Positions 9,354 to 19,289 of a stretch of 64,000 nucleotides of DNA are shown in pieces. Under the pieces are notes generated by a model. It worked only from the letters and a program-made list of their open reading frames with translations, did not search any database and had not been told where the DNA came from. A program made the translations under genes and the position numbers. The first letter of the stretch is position 1. The number at the start of each line of letters is the position of its first letter. This stretch comes from an uncultured Eubacteriales bacterium (GTDB lineage: Bacteria > Bacillota > Clostridia > Oscillospirales > Acutalibacteraceae), in assembly GCA_900315465.1 (NCBI GenBank), contig OMZF01000101.1, positions 18,181-82,180 of the forward strand, written 5' to 3'.

Positions 9354-11918
9354 TTAAGCGAAGTATGCCTTTGCACACTGGTTATAATTATACAGTGCCT
9401 TCATAAGTTCGCAAAGATCACTTCTTGATGAATCATCGGAATAATTTGAAAGTACATTATAGGCATAACCCAAAGCACTTACATTCATAGTGTTACCATT
9501 TCCGAAATAAACTGTAAACATCGTATCAAGTTCCTGTGCGGGAATATCGCTTATTTCAATAAATCTCATTCCGTCATCGCTTATACCCTTCGCAAATTCT
9601 ACAGGTTCAGAACCTTTTCCTATGGATATATTGCTTATATCTGTATTTTCCTCAAAATAAAGTCTGAGGGCGGTTTTGGATTCAAGCAGGAGAGAATGAC
9701 CGTAGTAACCGCATTCTGTCGGGTCAAAACCTTCCGAATTTGTACGTTTATAAGGTGCAAGTTTATCTGCCGAAACAGAAGGAGCTGCAGCTGTTGCAGT
9801 AAAATCATCATTAAAATAAGCCTTTGCAAGATTTCCGTAAATATTGAGAGAGGCGGCAAGATTTTGTAGATCTTCTGAGTAGTCTCCGCTCAATACGGCA
9901 TTTATATAATCCTTAACACTTTTGGAATAACCGTTGTTATATACAACACTGCTGTTTGAACTTATATGCATTACCTGATTTGTTCCGTTTGAATTATAGA
10001 GATTGAATGTAACAGTCTTGTCTATATCCTGAGCATTGATATTGTATGATACCATATATCCGTAACCATCCAGATAAGGAAGATCTGCAAGAGATTTTTT
10101 GACAGCCGTTGTATCGTACGGACCTTTTACCGTGACATATGCCCCTGTCGTATTGACATAATCAGAGGGGAGAATATAAGCATTAAGTGATATATCGCCG
10201 TTTACTGTAAGGCTTGTACCTGTGATCGTGTAATCAACGATCTGACGTGTATCGACATATGTCGTTCCGTCAATAACAGCGGTTGCGGTGTAGGTTGTAA
10301 TACCGTTCTGAGTTGATGAAGTTACTGTTGCAGTGCCTGTTTTTGAAGTTCCGCACGAAGTGCAGGTAATTTTCAAAGTAACATTATTTATGTTATTCCA
10401 ATTCCATACAGGATCGGAATAGGTATGAGAACCTGATGAAGCAATGTAAAGATCATTTTCCGAAACCTCAATAAATTCACCGTTCTGTTTGATATAGAAT
10501 TTACCGTCTGAGCCTTCATAATGTGCTTTGACTCCTCCCTGAGAGCAGCTTCCGGCACTTTGTGCCACATACTTTCCGACAATTGCAGAAACCTTTGATG
10601 CAGTTGACGGCATATAGAAATAATAAGATGTATTTGAGGTTTTTCTTACTTTGGCATTGCTTGCAGAAATGTCTATAAGTTCATATCCGCTGTTTGGAGT
10701 AACTGTAAGAATTACTTTCTCGCCGCCTTTTACAGAGGTGGCAGAAGGAGTCACCTTGCAGTTCTTTATATCGCTGTCAACCGTAACCGTGTGAGATTCA
10801 GACATACGATAAGAGTAGTCTTTTGTGTCAAGGGTCAGTATGTCATAGCCCCACATGGATATTGTAGAATCATAATAAATAAAAAATGCATTATTGAAAT
10901 AGTATATCGAGTCATTCTGATAGGGTGAACCGCCTTTAAGGAGATAATAGGTAGCACCGTAAAAATTATCGGAGTTTGTAACATCGGTAAGGTATGTTTT
11001 TTGGTTATCCATAGTAACGACATTCCACATATGACCGCCGTTGGTCGAACCCGACTGAAGTGTACCCGAAACAAGATGACATTCGATATTATCACTGTCA
11101 AAATCCGTCAGATCGCAAAGATATTTAAAAGCCTTTGAATAGCCCTCACATACAACATTGGTTGAACTGTCACCGTCAAATACATTTATAAGCTGCCACG
11201 GGTCACCGTATGAATAGCCTCCTGCTGCTGCATCATCATTATAATCAACAAGATTGATTATCTCGGTGGCATATCCTAAAAGTTTCTGATAGTCATTTTT
11301 ATCTGCATATTTATCGACTATTTTCACAGCATTCATAGTAACGCTGTCAATACCGCCATGACGGGATCTTTTAACTTTATAGGAATTATTATTATCTGTA
11401 TAATCACTTGAAACGATCATTTTCGCCTGATATACAGGTGCAACCGAATAAGTGACTGTGTTTCCTCTGATACTGTAGCTGCAGCTTGTTCCGCCGAAAG
11501 AACCGCCCTGTGTTTGGTCATACCAGAAAAATTCGTAAGGACAGTCGGCAAGCAGGGCTTCTATTATACTTTGCGTATCATAATCAAAGCATGCAAAATA
11601 ATTATTTAAAATAGCCTGTTGGCCGGCTGTTGAAGAAAGACTTGACACACCAAGCTCGGCAGCAGTCCATGTAAGTTTGAAATCATCGATAGGGAATGAA
11701 AATTCAGTGCTTGTTTCCTTGCCGGCAGCAATATTGATTGCTTTTTCTTTAAGCTTGTCATAAAGCCAAAGGTCTTTTTCCGACAGCTTATCTCTGCCGC
11801 TGACAGCTTCTGCTGAAATCACGCCCGAATCAAGACCGGGCAGGAGGGGGGCTGCTGCCGAGATCATTGTAAGAGCAAGTATAGCAGCGAGTGTACGTCT
11901 GAATTTTGTTTTGTCCAT
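9354..11918 (-). CDS. large secreted protein with a transglutaminase-like cysteine peptidase core
   Basis: Signal peptide MDKTKFRRTLAAILALTMISAAAP...AEA. Cys-His-Asp order in VVCEGYSKAFKYLC / GGHMWNVV / YLTDVT, typical of the transglutaminase-core fold. The rest is beta-rich with no assignment. Confidence 0.55.
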   Translation of the reverse strand: MDKTKFRRTLAAILALTMISAAAPLLPGLDSGVISAEAVSGRDKLSEKDLWLYDKLKEKAINIAAGKETSTEFSFPIDDFKLTWTAAELGVSSLSSTAGQQAILNNYFACFDYDTQSIIEALLADCPYEFFWYDQTQGGSFGGTSCSYSIRGNTVTYSVAPVYQAKMIVSSDYTDNNNSYKVKRSRHGGIDSVTMNAVKIVDKYADKNDYQKLLGYATEIINLVDYNDDAAAGGYSYGDPWQLINVFDGDSSTNVVCEGYSKAFKYLCDLTDFDSDNIECHLVSGTLQSGSTNGGHMWNVVTMDNQKTYLTDVTNSDNFYGATYYLLKGGSPYQNDSIYYFNNAFFIYYDSTISMWGYDILTLDTKDYSYRMSESHTVTVDSDIKNCKVTPSATSVKGGEKVILTVTPNSGYELIDISASNAKVRKTSNTSYYFYMPSTASKVSAIVGKYVAQSAGSCSQGGVKAHYEGSDGKFYIKQNGEFIEVSENDLYIASSGSHTYSDPVWNWNNINNVTLKITCTSCGTSKTGTATVTSSTQNGITTYTATAVIDGTTYVDTRQIVDYTITGTSLTVNGDISLNAYILPSDYVNTTGAYVTVKGPYDTTAVKKSLADLPYLDGYGYMVSYNINAQDIDKTVTFNLYNSNGTNQVMHISSNSSVVYNNGYSKSVKDYINAVLSGDYSEDLQNLAASLNIYGNLAKAYFNDDFTATAAAPSVSADKLAPYKRTNSEGFDPTECGYYGHSLLLESKTALRLYFEENTDISNISIGKGSEPVEFAKGISDDGMRFIEISDIPAQELDTMFTVYFGNGNTMNVSALGYAYNVLSNYSDDSSRSDLCELMKALYNYNQCAKAYFA

Positions 11919-12152
11919 ATTATAACCTCCTCAAAATCGAATGCAAAATTATTATTAATTATACCCTTAATCTTATCGATTTTCAATAGTCTTAAAGAAT
12001 ATTGTGATGATAAATATTGTATACGCAATTTTTGTTAAGCAAATTATGTATTGTTAATATTTTATTAATAAATTATCGTTACTATTGTGGTATAATACAA
12101 TTTATTGGCATTTGGTATGCCTGAAAATAATAAAAACAAAGGGGAAATTGTT

Positions 12153-12941
12153 ATGAAAACAGTAAAAAAGGTATTGGCTGTAACAGCAGCCGCAGCGATG
12201 GTCGGAGCCGTTTGTGCAGGATGCAGTGACACATCCGGAAAAAAGATCGAAAAGACAGATGATCTTGAGGGTGCAAGAATAGGTGTTCAGCTCGGTACAA
12301 CAGGTGCTATCTATGCAAAGGATGTAAAGAATGCAAGTGTTGAGGAGTATAACAAGGGTGCAGATGCGGTAATGGCACTCAATCAGGGCAAGGTTGACTG
12401 CGTTATCATTGACGAACAGCCTGCAAAGGTATTTGTAAAGCAGAACTCCGGACTTACAATTTTGGATGAAGAATTTGCAAATGAGGATTATGCGGCAGTT
12501 ATCAAAAAAGAAAATACACAGCTTCTTGATGATGTAAACAAAGCTCTTGCAGAACTTAAAGCAGACGGCACACTTGATAAGATCATTTCTTCATATATTC
12601 CTGCAGAGGGAGAAGAGGCAGGTTCATATCATTACACACAGACAGTAACAGACGGTGATAAACTGGTTATGGCAACAAATGCACAGTTCCCGCCTTATGA
12701 ATATTATGAATCAAATGAAATTGTCGGTATTGATGTAGAAATAGGAAAAGCCATTGCAGATAAACTCGGCAAGGTTCTTTCAATAGAGGATATGGAATTC
12801 GATTCTATCATCAACTCAGTAAGCTCCGGCAAGGCAGATATAGGTCTTGCAGGATTTACTGTAACAGAGGACAGAAAGAAGCAGATCAATTTCTCTGAAA
12901 GCTATACAAATTCAAAGCAGGTTATAATCGTAAAGAAATAA
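12153..12941 (+). CDS. amino-acid ABC transporter substrate-binding lipoprotein (SBP_bac_3-like, apparently circularly permuted)
   Basis: Start at ATG 12153 (RBS AAAGGGG). Lipobox [14 protein letters not shown]...DGTLDKIISSYI precedes [14 protein letters not shown]...[27 protein letters not shown]. Confidence 0.75.
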   Translation: MKTVKKVLAVTAAAAMVGAVCAGCSDTSGKKIEKTDDLEGARIGVQLGTTGAIYAKDVKNASVEEYNKGADAVMALNQGKVDCVIIDEQPAKVFVKQNSGLTILDEEFANEDYAAVIKKENTQLLDDVNKALAELKADGTLDKIISSYIPAEGEEAGSYHYTQTVTDGDKLVMATNAQFPPYEYYESNEIVGIDVEIGKAIADKLGKVLSIEDMEFDSIINSVSSGKADIGLAGFTVTEDRKKQINFSESYTNSKQVIIVKK

Positions 12942-12963
12942 ACTAATCAAGGGTAATTGAGCT

Positions 12964-14556
12964 ATGAAAAAAAGATATAACAGGTTAATTGCCGTTATGC
13001 TTGCGGTATTTGCAATATTTTGCACTTTTTCTGTATGTGTATATGCAGAAAATACAGATACATCAGGCTCTGCTGCTGAAAGTCCGGCAGCAGCTTCTGT
13101 TCCCGAAACAGAGGGGGTAAAAAGTGCAGATGACCTTACAGGCAAAAAAATCGGTGTACAGCTTGGTACTACCGGTGCAATACTTGCCGAAGATGTAAAG
13201 GATGCTGATGTACAGAAGTTCAATAAAGGTGCAGACGCAATAATGGCACTAAATCAGAAAAAAATTGATTGTGTCATAATTGACGAGCAGACGGCAAAAG
13301 CTTTTGTTTCAGCAAATAAAAATACACTTGCAATTCTTCCGGACAGCTTTGCGGATGAAGATTATGCGGCAGTTATTTCAAAAGACAGGTCTGACCTTCT
13401 TAAACAGGTAAATACAGCTATTGATGAAATAAAATCATCAGGTACACTCAATAAAATAGTATCAAGCTATATTCCCGAAAAAGAAAGCGACAGAGGAAAT
13501 TATCACTACACACAGGTAGTTTCACAGGGCGAAAAGTTAATAATGGCAACAAATGCCCAGTTCCCGCCTTATGAATATTATGAAGGCGGAGAAATTACGG
13601 GAATTGATGTTGAAATAGGCAGGGCAATAGCTGATAAGCTCGGCAGAGTTCTTGTTATAGAGGATATGGAGTTTGATTCCATAATCGGAGCGGTAAAATC
13701 GGGCAAGGCGGATATAGGTATTGCGGGCTTTACCGTAACTGAAGACCGTGCAAAACAGATAAGCTTTTCAAATTCCTATGCGAATTCAAAACAGGTAATT
13801 ATCGCAAGAATAAAAGCATCTGCAGTAAGTGCGGCTGAAAGCACCGTTTCATCCGATGAAGAAGAAGTACCGACATTCATTGACAGACTTTACACCAATT
13901 TTGTAAAGGATGACAGATGGAAATATCTCACAACAGGTTTGTGGAATACATTGCAGATAACATTTTTTGCAATGGTGATAGGTGTATTCTTAGGATTTCT
14001 TCTTGCTATAATAAGAGTGGCACATGACAAGAACGGAAGAGTGCCGGTACTGAATGTTATAGCGAAATTGTATATCACAGTTATCCGAGGCACACCTGCC
14101 ATGGTACAGCTGCTTATAATCTATTATGTAATATTTGCATCGGTAGATATAAATAAGGTGCTTGTAGCCATAATAGCATTCGGACTTAACTCCGCTGCAT
14201 ATGTATCGGAAGTTGTACGTTCAGGTATCATGTCTATAGATAACGGACAGTTTGAGGCAGGAAAAAGTCTCGGACTTAAATTCTCAACCACAATGATACA
14301 CGTAATTCTGCCGCAGGCATTCAAAAATATTCTTCCTGCACTCGGAAACGAATTTATATCACTTCTGAAAGAAACTTCCATTTCCGGTTACATAGGACTT
14401 ATGGATCTGACACGCGGAGGAGATATTATCCGAAGTGTAACATACGAAGCATTTATCCCTCTTATTGCGGTAGCACTTGTATATCTGTTCCTCGTTGTAC
14501 TGTTGTCTGCCGGAGTATCAAGGCTTGAAAGGAGGCTGAAAAAGAATGAACGCTGA
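12964..14556 (+). CDS. fusion of an amino-acid-binding domain (same permuted order) to an ABC transporter permease
   Basis: Signal peptide ending VYA/EN. The binding domain is paralogous to the upstream gene. The C-terminal half has the polar-amino-acid permease pattern ([40 protein letters not shown]). Confidence 0.8.
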   Translation: MKKRYNRLIAVMLAVFAIFCTFSVCVYAENTDTSGSAAESPAAASVPETEGVKSADDLTGKKIGVQLGTTGAILAEDVKDADVQKFNKGADAIMALNQKKIDCVIIDEQTAKAFVSANKNTLAILPDSFADEDYAAVISKDRSDLLKQVNTAIDEIKSSGTLNKIVSSYIPEKESDRGNYHYTQVVSQGEKLIMATNAQFPPYEYYEGGEITGIDVEIGRAIADKLGRVLVIEDMEFDSIIGAVKSGKADIGIAGFTVTEDRAKQISFSNSYANSKQVIIARIKASAVSAAESTVSSDEEEVPTFIDRLYTNFVKDDRWKYLTTGLWNTLQITFFAMVIGVFLGFLLAIIRVAHDKNGRVPVLNVIAKLYITVIRGTPAMVQLLIIYYVIFASVDINKVLVAIIAFGLNSAAYVSEVVRSGIMSIDNGQFEAGKSLGLKFSTTMIHVILPQAFKNILPALGNEFISLLKETSISGYIGLMDLTRGGDIIRSVTYEAFIPLIAVALVYLFLVVLLSAGVSRLERRLKKNER

Positions 14557-15307
14557 TAATAAAAAAGAAAGCGGAGAAGTTCTTATAAAAGTAGAAAACC
14601 TTTGCAAGTCATTTGGAGATAATGTGGTGCTTAATGACATAAGCATAGATATACATAAAGGAGAGGTAATATCCGTAATAGGCCCGTCGGGATGCGGAAA
14701 ATCCACCTTTATCCGTTCACTCAATCTTCTTGAAACACCCACCGGAGGAAGAATAATTTTTGATGGTGAGGATATAACAGACAGGGGCTGTGACCGCCGT
14801 CTTGTAAGAGAGAAAATGGGAATGGTATTTCAGCAGTTCAATCTTTTTGACAATCTGACGGTAAAGAAGAATATAATGCTTGCTCCTGTTAAACTCAAAC
14901 TTATGAATAAGTCCGAGGCGGAAGAAACAACAATGAAACTTCTGAAAAATGTAGGGCTTGAGGATAAGGCGAATATGTATCCGTCACAGCTTTCAGGCGG
15001 ACAGAAACAGCGTGTAGCTATTGCACGTTCACTTGCGATGAATCCCAAGGTAATGCTTTTTGACGAGCCGACATCAGCCCTTGATCCTGAAATGGTAAAT
15101 GAAGTTCTCAATATTATGAATGACCTTGCCAAAAAGGGTATGACAATGGTTGTTGTAACTCACGAAATGGGTTTTGCGAAGGGCGTATCGAACAGAGTAA
15201 TATTCATTGACGGAGGAAAGATCAAAGAAGACGGCACTCCCGAAGAAGTATTCTCCAACCCGAATGATACAAGACTCAGAGATTTTCTTAAAAGCGTATT
15301 GAAATAA
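14546..15307 (+). CDS. amino-acid ABC transporter ATP-binding protein
   Basis: Walker [10 protein letters not shown], signature LSGGQKQR, Walker [13 protein letters not shown]. The start overlaps the permease stop. RBS GGAGG. Confidence 0.9.
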   Translation: MNADNKKESGEVLIKVENLCKSFGDNVVLNDISIDIHKGEVISVIGPSGCGKSTFIRSLNLLETPTGGRIIFDGEDITDRGCDRRLVREKMGMVFQQFNLFDNLTVKKNIMLAPVKLKLMNKSEAEETTMKLLKNVGLEDKANMYPSQLSGGQKQRVAIARSLAMNPKVMLFDEPTSALDPEMVNEVLNIMNDLAKKGMTMVVVTHEMGFAKGVSNRVIFIDGGKIKEDGTPEEVFSNPNDTRLRDFLKSVLK

Positions 15308-15325
15308 ATTCAATATACAGAATAA

Positions 15326-15366
15326 ATGACTGCTGCAGTCTTTTGTGATTGCAACAGTCATTTTTG
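15326..15366 (+). terminator. rho-independent terminator of the ABC operon
   Basis: Stem ATGACTGCTGC (15326-15336) / GCAACAGTCAT (15351-15361) with one mismatch, then TTTTT. Confidence 0.6.
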
Positions 15367-15464
15367 TTTTGATTGTGGAGCTTGATTCTGCTATTTTGGT
15401 TTAATTATATCAGCACTTCAAAGCAGGAATAGTAAGGTAAAGCAGAATCGCCGCTAATTGCACA

Positions 15465-15493
15465 TTGCTAATTGAATTTTTTTGTGGTATAAT
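15465..15493 (+). promoter_or_regulatory. sigma-A type promoter sharing the ATTGCWN heptad module with the folC promoter
   Basis: TTGCTA (15465-15470), 17-nt spacer, TATAAT (15488-15493) with an extended -10 TGG. Confidence 0.5.
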
Positions 15494-15524
15494 TGGGATT
15501 GTAATATTCTTTGGGGGTGTGGGT

Positions 15525-16262
15525 TTGTCTAACGAAAAGACTGAGCCGCTGGGTAAGGGCATAAAAATAATAGTTTCGGATGAACATAAATTCTGGACAG
15601 ATACAGTTCTTTTAGCAAATTTTGCAAGTCCGAAGAAAAATGATAATGTATGTGACCTTGGCAGCGGATGCGGAGCGATGCCTCTTATCTGGGCGAGAGA
15701 GCCATATCCGAAGAATATAACGGCAGTAGAGATACAGGAATATGCCTGTGATATGCTGAAAAGAAGTATTGCACTTAACAGCCTTGAGGAGAGAATAACC
15801 GTTGTAAACAGTGACCTCAGAGAACTGAAAGGTAAAGTGAAAACGGGCAGTTTTGACCTTGTGGTATGCAATCCGCCGTATAAAGCTGAGGGAACAGGCA
15901 TAAAAAACAGTGATGCGGCACATATCATTGCAAGACACGAAAGTATGTGTACAATGGATGATATAGCAAAAGCAGCTGCACAGCTTCTTAATTTTTCGGG
16001 AAGACTGTGTATGTGTCAGAGACCCGAAAGACTTAGTGATGTTTTATGCTGTATGCGTGAAAACGGGATAGAGCCGAAAAGACTTCGTTTTGTACAGCAA
16101 AGACCGGCTAAAGCACCGAAGCTGTTTCTTGTTGAGGGCAGACGAGGAGGAAAACCGGGAGGTCTGATAGTTGAGCCTGTACTGTTCATAGAGGGAGAAA
16201 ACGGAGATTTTTCCGAAGAAATGATAAATATTTACGGTGCATACAAGGAGGAATATCTTTGA
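15525..16262 (+). CDS. SAM-dependent N6-adenine methyltransferase (tRNA m6A37 TrmN6/YfiC-YabB-like)
   Basis: VCDLGSGCGAM SAM-binding motif and VVCNPPY catalytic motif. The ORF-track start at 15465 lies inside the promoter, so I place the start at TTG 15525, 7 nt after GGGGG. The start is uncertain. Confidence 0.65.
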   Translation: MSNEKTEPLGKGIKIIVSDEHKFWTDTVLLANFASPKKNDNVCDLGSGCGAMPLIWAREPYPKNITAVEIQEYACDMLKRSIALNSLEERITVVNSDLRELKGKVKTGSFDLVVCNPPYKAEGTGIKNSDAAHIIARHESMCTMDDIAKAAAQLLNFSGRLCMCQRPERLSDVLCCMRENGIEPKRLRFVQQRPAKAPKLFLVEGRRGGKPGGLIVEPVLFIEGENGDFSEEMINIYGAYKEEYL

Positions 16263-17089
16263 TAGGAAAGCTTTATGTGGTGGGAACTCCTATAGGTAAT
16301 CTGGAGGATTTTTCACCGAGAGCGGAAAGAACACTTAGTGAAGTAGATTTTATAGCGGCAGAGGATACAAGGGTAACAATAAAACTGCTGAACAGATTCG
16401 GAATATCCACTCCGATGATAAGCTATCATAAATATAATGCACGTGAAAGAGGAGAAGAAATATGCAGCCGTATAATGAATGGTGAAAATGCTGCCATTGT
16501 GACAGATGCCGGTATGCCGTGCATATCAGATCCGGGAGAATGGCTTATACAGAAATGTGCCGAATGTGGTATAGAGGTATGTGCTGTACCGGGCCCTACA
16601 GCACTTGCAACAGCTGTGGCAATATCCGGACTGCCAACAGGAAGATTTACATTTGAAGGATTTCTGAGTGTAAATAAGGGCAGCCGCAGAGAGCATCTTC
16701 TTTCACTTGTGAATGAACAAAGGACTATGATTTTTTACGAAGCACCGCATAAACTGCCTAATACATTAAAGGATATGTATGATGTACTGGGAGACAGAAA
16801 AATCTCAATAGTGCGTGAGCTTACAAAGATACATGAACAGGTAATAAGAACTACATTAAAAGATGCCGCTGAAAATCTTACAGACGGGTCTGTAAAAGGC
16901 GAATTAGTTCTTGTAATAGAGGGTGCTGCAGTACCCGAAAAGGTTGAAGATACCATTGAAGATGCAATAGAGCTTGCAAAACAAAGAATTGCAAACGGAA
17001 TGTCAGCATCTGCCGCTGCAAAAGAGGCAGCGGGTATAACAGGCTTCAAAAAGGGAGATATTTATAAAAAGCTGATAGAGGATCAATAA
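16259..17089 (+). CDS. rsmI: 16S rRNA (cytidine1402-2'-O)-methyltransferase
   Basis: LYVVGTPIGNLEDFSPRA, AAEDTR and TDAGMPCISDPG are typical of RsmI. TTG start overlaps the upstream stop. RBS AAGGAGG. Confidence 0.9.
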   Translation: MIGKLYVVGTPIGNLEDFSPRAERTLSEVDFIAAEDTRVTIKLLNRFGISTPMISYHKYNARERGEEICSRIMNGENAAIVTDAGMPCISDPGEWLIQKCAECGIEVCAVPGPTALATAVAISGLPTGRFTFEGFLSVNKGSRREHLLSLVNEQRTMIFYEAPHKLPNTLKDMYDVLGDRKISIVRELTKIHEQVIRTTLKDAAENLTDGSVKGELVLVIEGAAVPEKVEDTIEDAIELAKQRIANGMSASAAAKEAAGITGFKKGDIYKKLIEDQ

Positions 17090-17112
17090 TTAAAATATAG
17101 GAGAGATGGAAT

Positions 17113-17694
17113 ATGGAAATAATACTTGCTTCTGCATCACCCAGAAGAAAAACACTGCTTGGAAGAATATATGATGATTTTAAAGTAATTCCTTCGGATA
17201 TAAGGGAAATGGTACCCAGAAATCTTGAGGTTGACAAATGCCCTGAATATCTTGCCTGTGCAAAGGCTGAAAATGTTTCACACGGATATGAAAAAAGCCT
17301 TGTGATAGGCTGTGATACATCTGTTATATGTGAGGGTAAAATGCTGAACAAACCCAGAGATACCAATGATGCAAGAATAATGATGAATATGCTTTCAGGC
17401 TCGGTACACAGGGTCATTACAGGTGTATGTCTTTGCTATATGGGAAAAAGCTATAGTTTTTCCGTTTCAACGGATGTAGAGTTTTTTGAACTCACAGAAA
17501 AGGAGATAGAGGACTATATAAGCACTTCCGAACCGTATGACAAGGCAGGAGGCTATGGTATACAGGGAAAAGGCGGTCTTTTTGTAAAAGGCATACACGG
17601 AGATTATTTCAATGTTGTAGGTCTGCCCATAGCAAGACTTAAAAGGGCTATTGATGAATTTCTTTCATCTGAAGAATTTCAGGAGAAAAAGTGA
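17113..17694 (+). CDS. maf: Maf-like nucleoside triphosphate pyrophosphatase
   Basis: ILASASPRRKTLL, DKAGGYGIQG and NVVGLP motifs. 193 aa. Confidence 0.85.
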   Translation: MEIILASASPRRKTLLGRIYDDFKVIPSDIREMVPRNLEVDKCPEYLACAKAENVSHGYEKSLVIGCDTSVICEGKMLNKPRDTNDARIMMNMLSGSVHRVITGVCLCYMGKSYSFSVSTDVEFFELTEKEIEDYISTSEPYDKAGGYGIQGKGGLFVKGIHGDYFNVVGLPIARLKRAIDEFLSSEEFQEKK

Positions 17695-17753
17695 ATATCA
17701 TACACCAAAATTATACATTTATGTAATAATATACAAAAATTATTTTAGTGCTA

Positions 17754-17782
17754 TTTACAAAAACTTTCATTTGTGTTACAAT
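17754..17782 (+). promoter_or_regulatory. sigma-A type promoter for citrate synthase
   Basis: TTTACA (17754-17759), 17-nt spacer, TACAAT (17777-17782), preceded by TGT (extended -10). Confidence 0.5.
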
Positions 17783-17839
17783 AGTATTATCCTTTTTATG
17801 TTTTATGTGTTATAAAGGGTATTATTATACTTACTGCGA

Positions 17840-19243
17840 ATGGAGATGGTATTAGTGCAGAACGAATACTTATTGCAAAACGAAAACTTTTTTAATATAA
17901 CTGATGAACTCAGACAGCTCAGTAAACTTTGCGAGATGAACGGAAGTATCGATAAGGAACTTTACACAAAGTATGATGTAAAGCGTGGACTTCGTGATAT
18001 AAACGGAAAGGGTGTGCTTGCAGGGCTTACTGAAATATCAGAGATCTGTTCTTCTACCATTGTAGACGGAGTGAGCAAGCCGTGTGACGGTAAGCTTTAT
18101 TACCGCGGAATAGATGTGGAGGATATAGTAAAGGGTTTTATTGCTGATGAAAGATTTGGTTTTGAGGAGGTAGTATATCTCCTTATTTTCGGGAAGCTGC
18201 CCGACAAAGAACAGCTTGAACAGATAAAAAGGCTTCTTTCAACATACAGAAATCTTCCTCAGAGTTTTCCGAGAGATATAATACTTAAAGCACCGAGTAT
18301 GGATATGATGAACGGTCTTGCAAGAAGTGTGCTTACGCTTTATTCATATGACCCGAATCCTGATGATACATCAATTCCGAATGTACTCAGACAATGCCTG
18401 CAGCTTATTGCATTATTCCCTGTATTGTCAGTATATTGTTACAGGGCATACAGTCATTATTATCTGCGTGACAGCCTTTTTATTCACTCACCGCATCCGG
18501 AGCTTTCAACTGCCGAAAATATACTTTATATGCTGAGACCCGACTCAAAATATACCGAACTTGAGGCAAAGCTTCTTGATATGTCGCTTGTTCTTCATGC
18601 AGAACACGGCGGAGGAAATAACTCAAGCTTTACGACCCACGTTGTCTCTTCGTCAGGTACAGACACATATTCCGCAATAGCAGTGGCACTCGGTTCGCTA
18701 AAAGGTCCGAAACACGGCGGAGCAAATATCAAAGTAGTAAAAATGTTTGACGATATACAGCAGCATATAAAGGATTATACTGATGAAGAAGAAGTAAAGG
18801 CATATCTTAGAAAGCTGCTTCATGGTGAAGTATTTGACAAAGCCGGACTTATTTATGGTATGGGTCATGCAGTATATTCTATTTCAGACCCGAGAGCAAG
18901 GGTATTCAAATCATTTGTTGAAAAACTTTCGGAAGAAAAAGGCAAAACAAAAGAATTTCAGCTGTATTCTCTTGTTGAAAGGCTTGCACCGGAGGTTATT
19001 GCGGAGGAAAGACGTATATATAAGGGTGTCAGTGCAAATGTAGACTTTTACAGCGGATTTGTATATAGTATGCTTGGACTTCCGACACAGCTTTATACAC
19101 CTATATTTGCCATTGCAAGAATTGCCGGCTGGTCTGCACATCGTATAGAGGAGCTTGTAAATTCCTCAAAGATAATAAGACCCGCATATATGAATGTTCA
19201 CGAGCGTACGCCATATATACCTCTTAATGAACGAAAAGAGTAA
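17840..19243 (+). CDS. citrate synthase
   Basis: LHAEHGGGNNS, GPKHGGAN and GMGHAVYSISDPR match citrate synthase catalytic His/Asp regions. The exact start codon is uncertain (ATG 17840 or GTG 17855). Confidence 0.85.
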   Translation: MEMVLVQNEYLLQNENFFNITDELRQLSKLCEMNGSIDKELYTKYDVKRGLRDINGKGVLAGLTEISEICSSTIVDGVSKPCDGKLYYRGIDVEDIVKGFIADERFGFEEVVYLLIFGKLPDKEQLEQIKRLLSTYRNLPQSFPRDIILKAPSMDMMNGLARSVLTLYSYDPNPDDTSIPNVLRQCLQLIALFPVLSVYCYRAYSHYYLRDSLFIHSPHPELSTAENILYMLRPDSKYTELEAKLLDMSLVLHAEHGGGNNSSFTTHVVSSSGTDTYSAIAVALGSLKGPKHGGANIKVVKMFDDIQQHIKDYTDEEEVKAYLRKLLHGEVFDKAGLIYGMGHAVYSISDPRARVFKSFVEKLSEEKGKTKEFQLYSLVERLAPEVIAEERRIYKGVSANVDFYSGFVYSMLGLPTQLYTPIFAIARIAGWSAHRIEELVNSSKIIRPAYMNVHERTPYIPLNERKE

Positions 19244-19250
19244 AAAAATT

Positions 19251-19284
19251 AACGGATGTCTGTTGAAAGGCATCCGTTTTTTTG
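19251..19284. terminator. bidirectional rho-independent terminator between convergent genes
   Basis: Stem AACGGATG (19251-19258) / CATCCGTT (19271-19278), T-run 19277-19283, A-run upstream. Confidence 0.65.
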
Positions 19285-19289
19285 TATAT

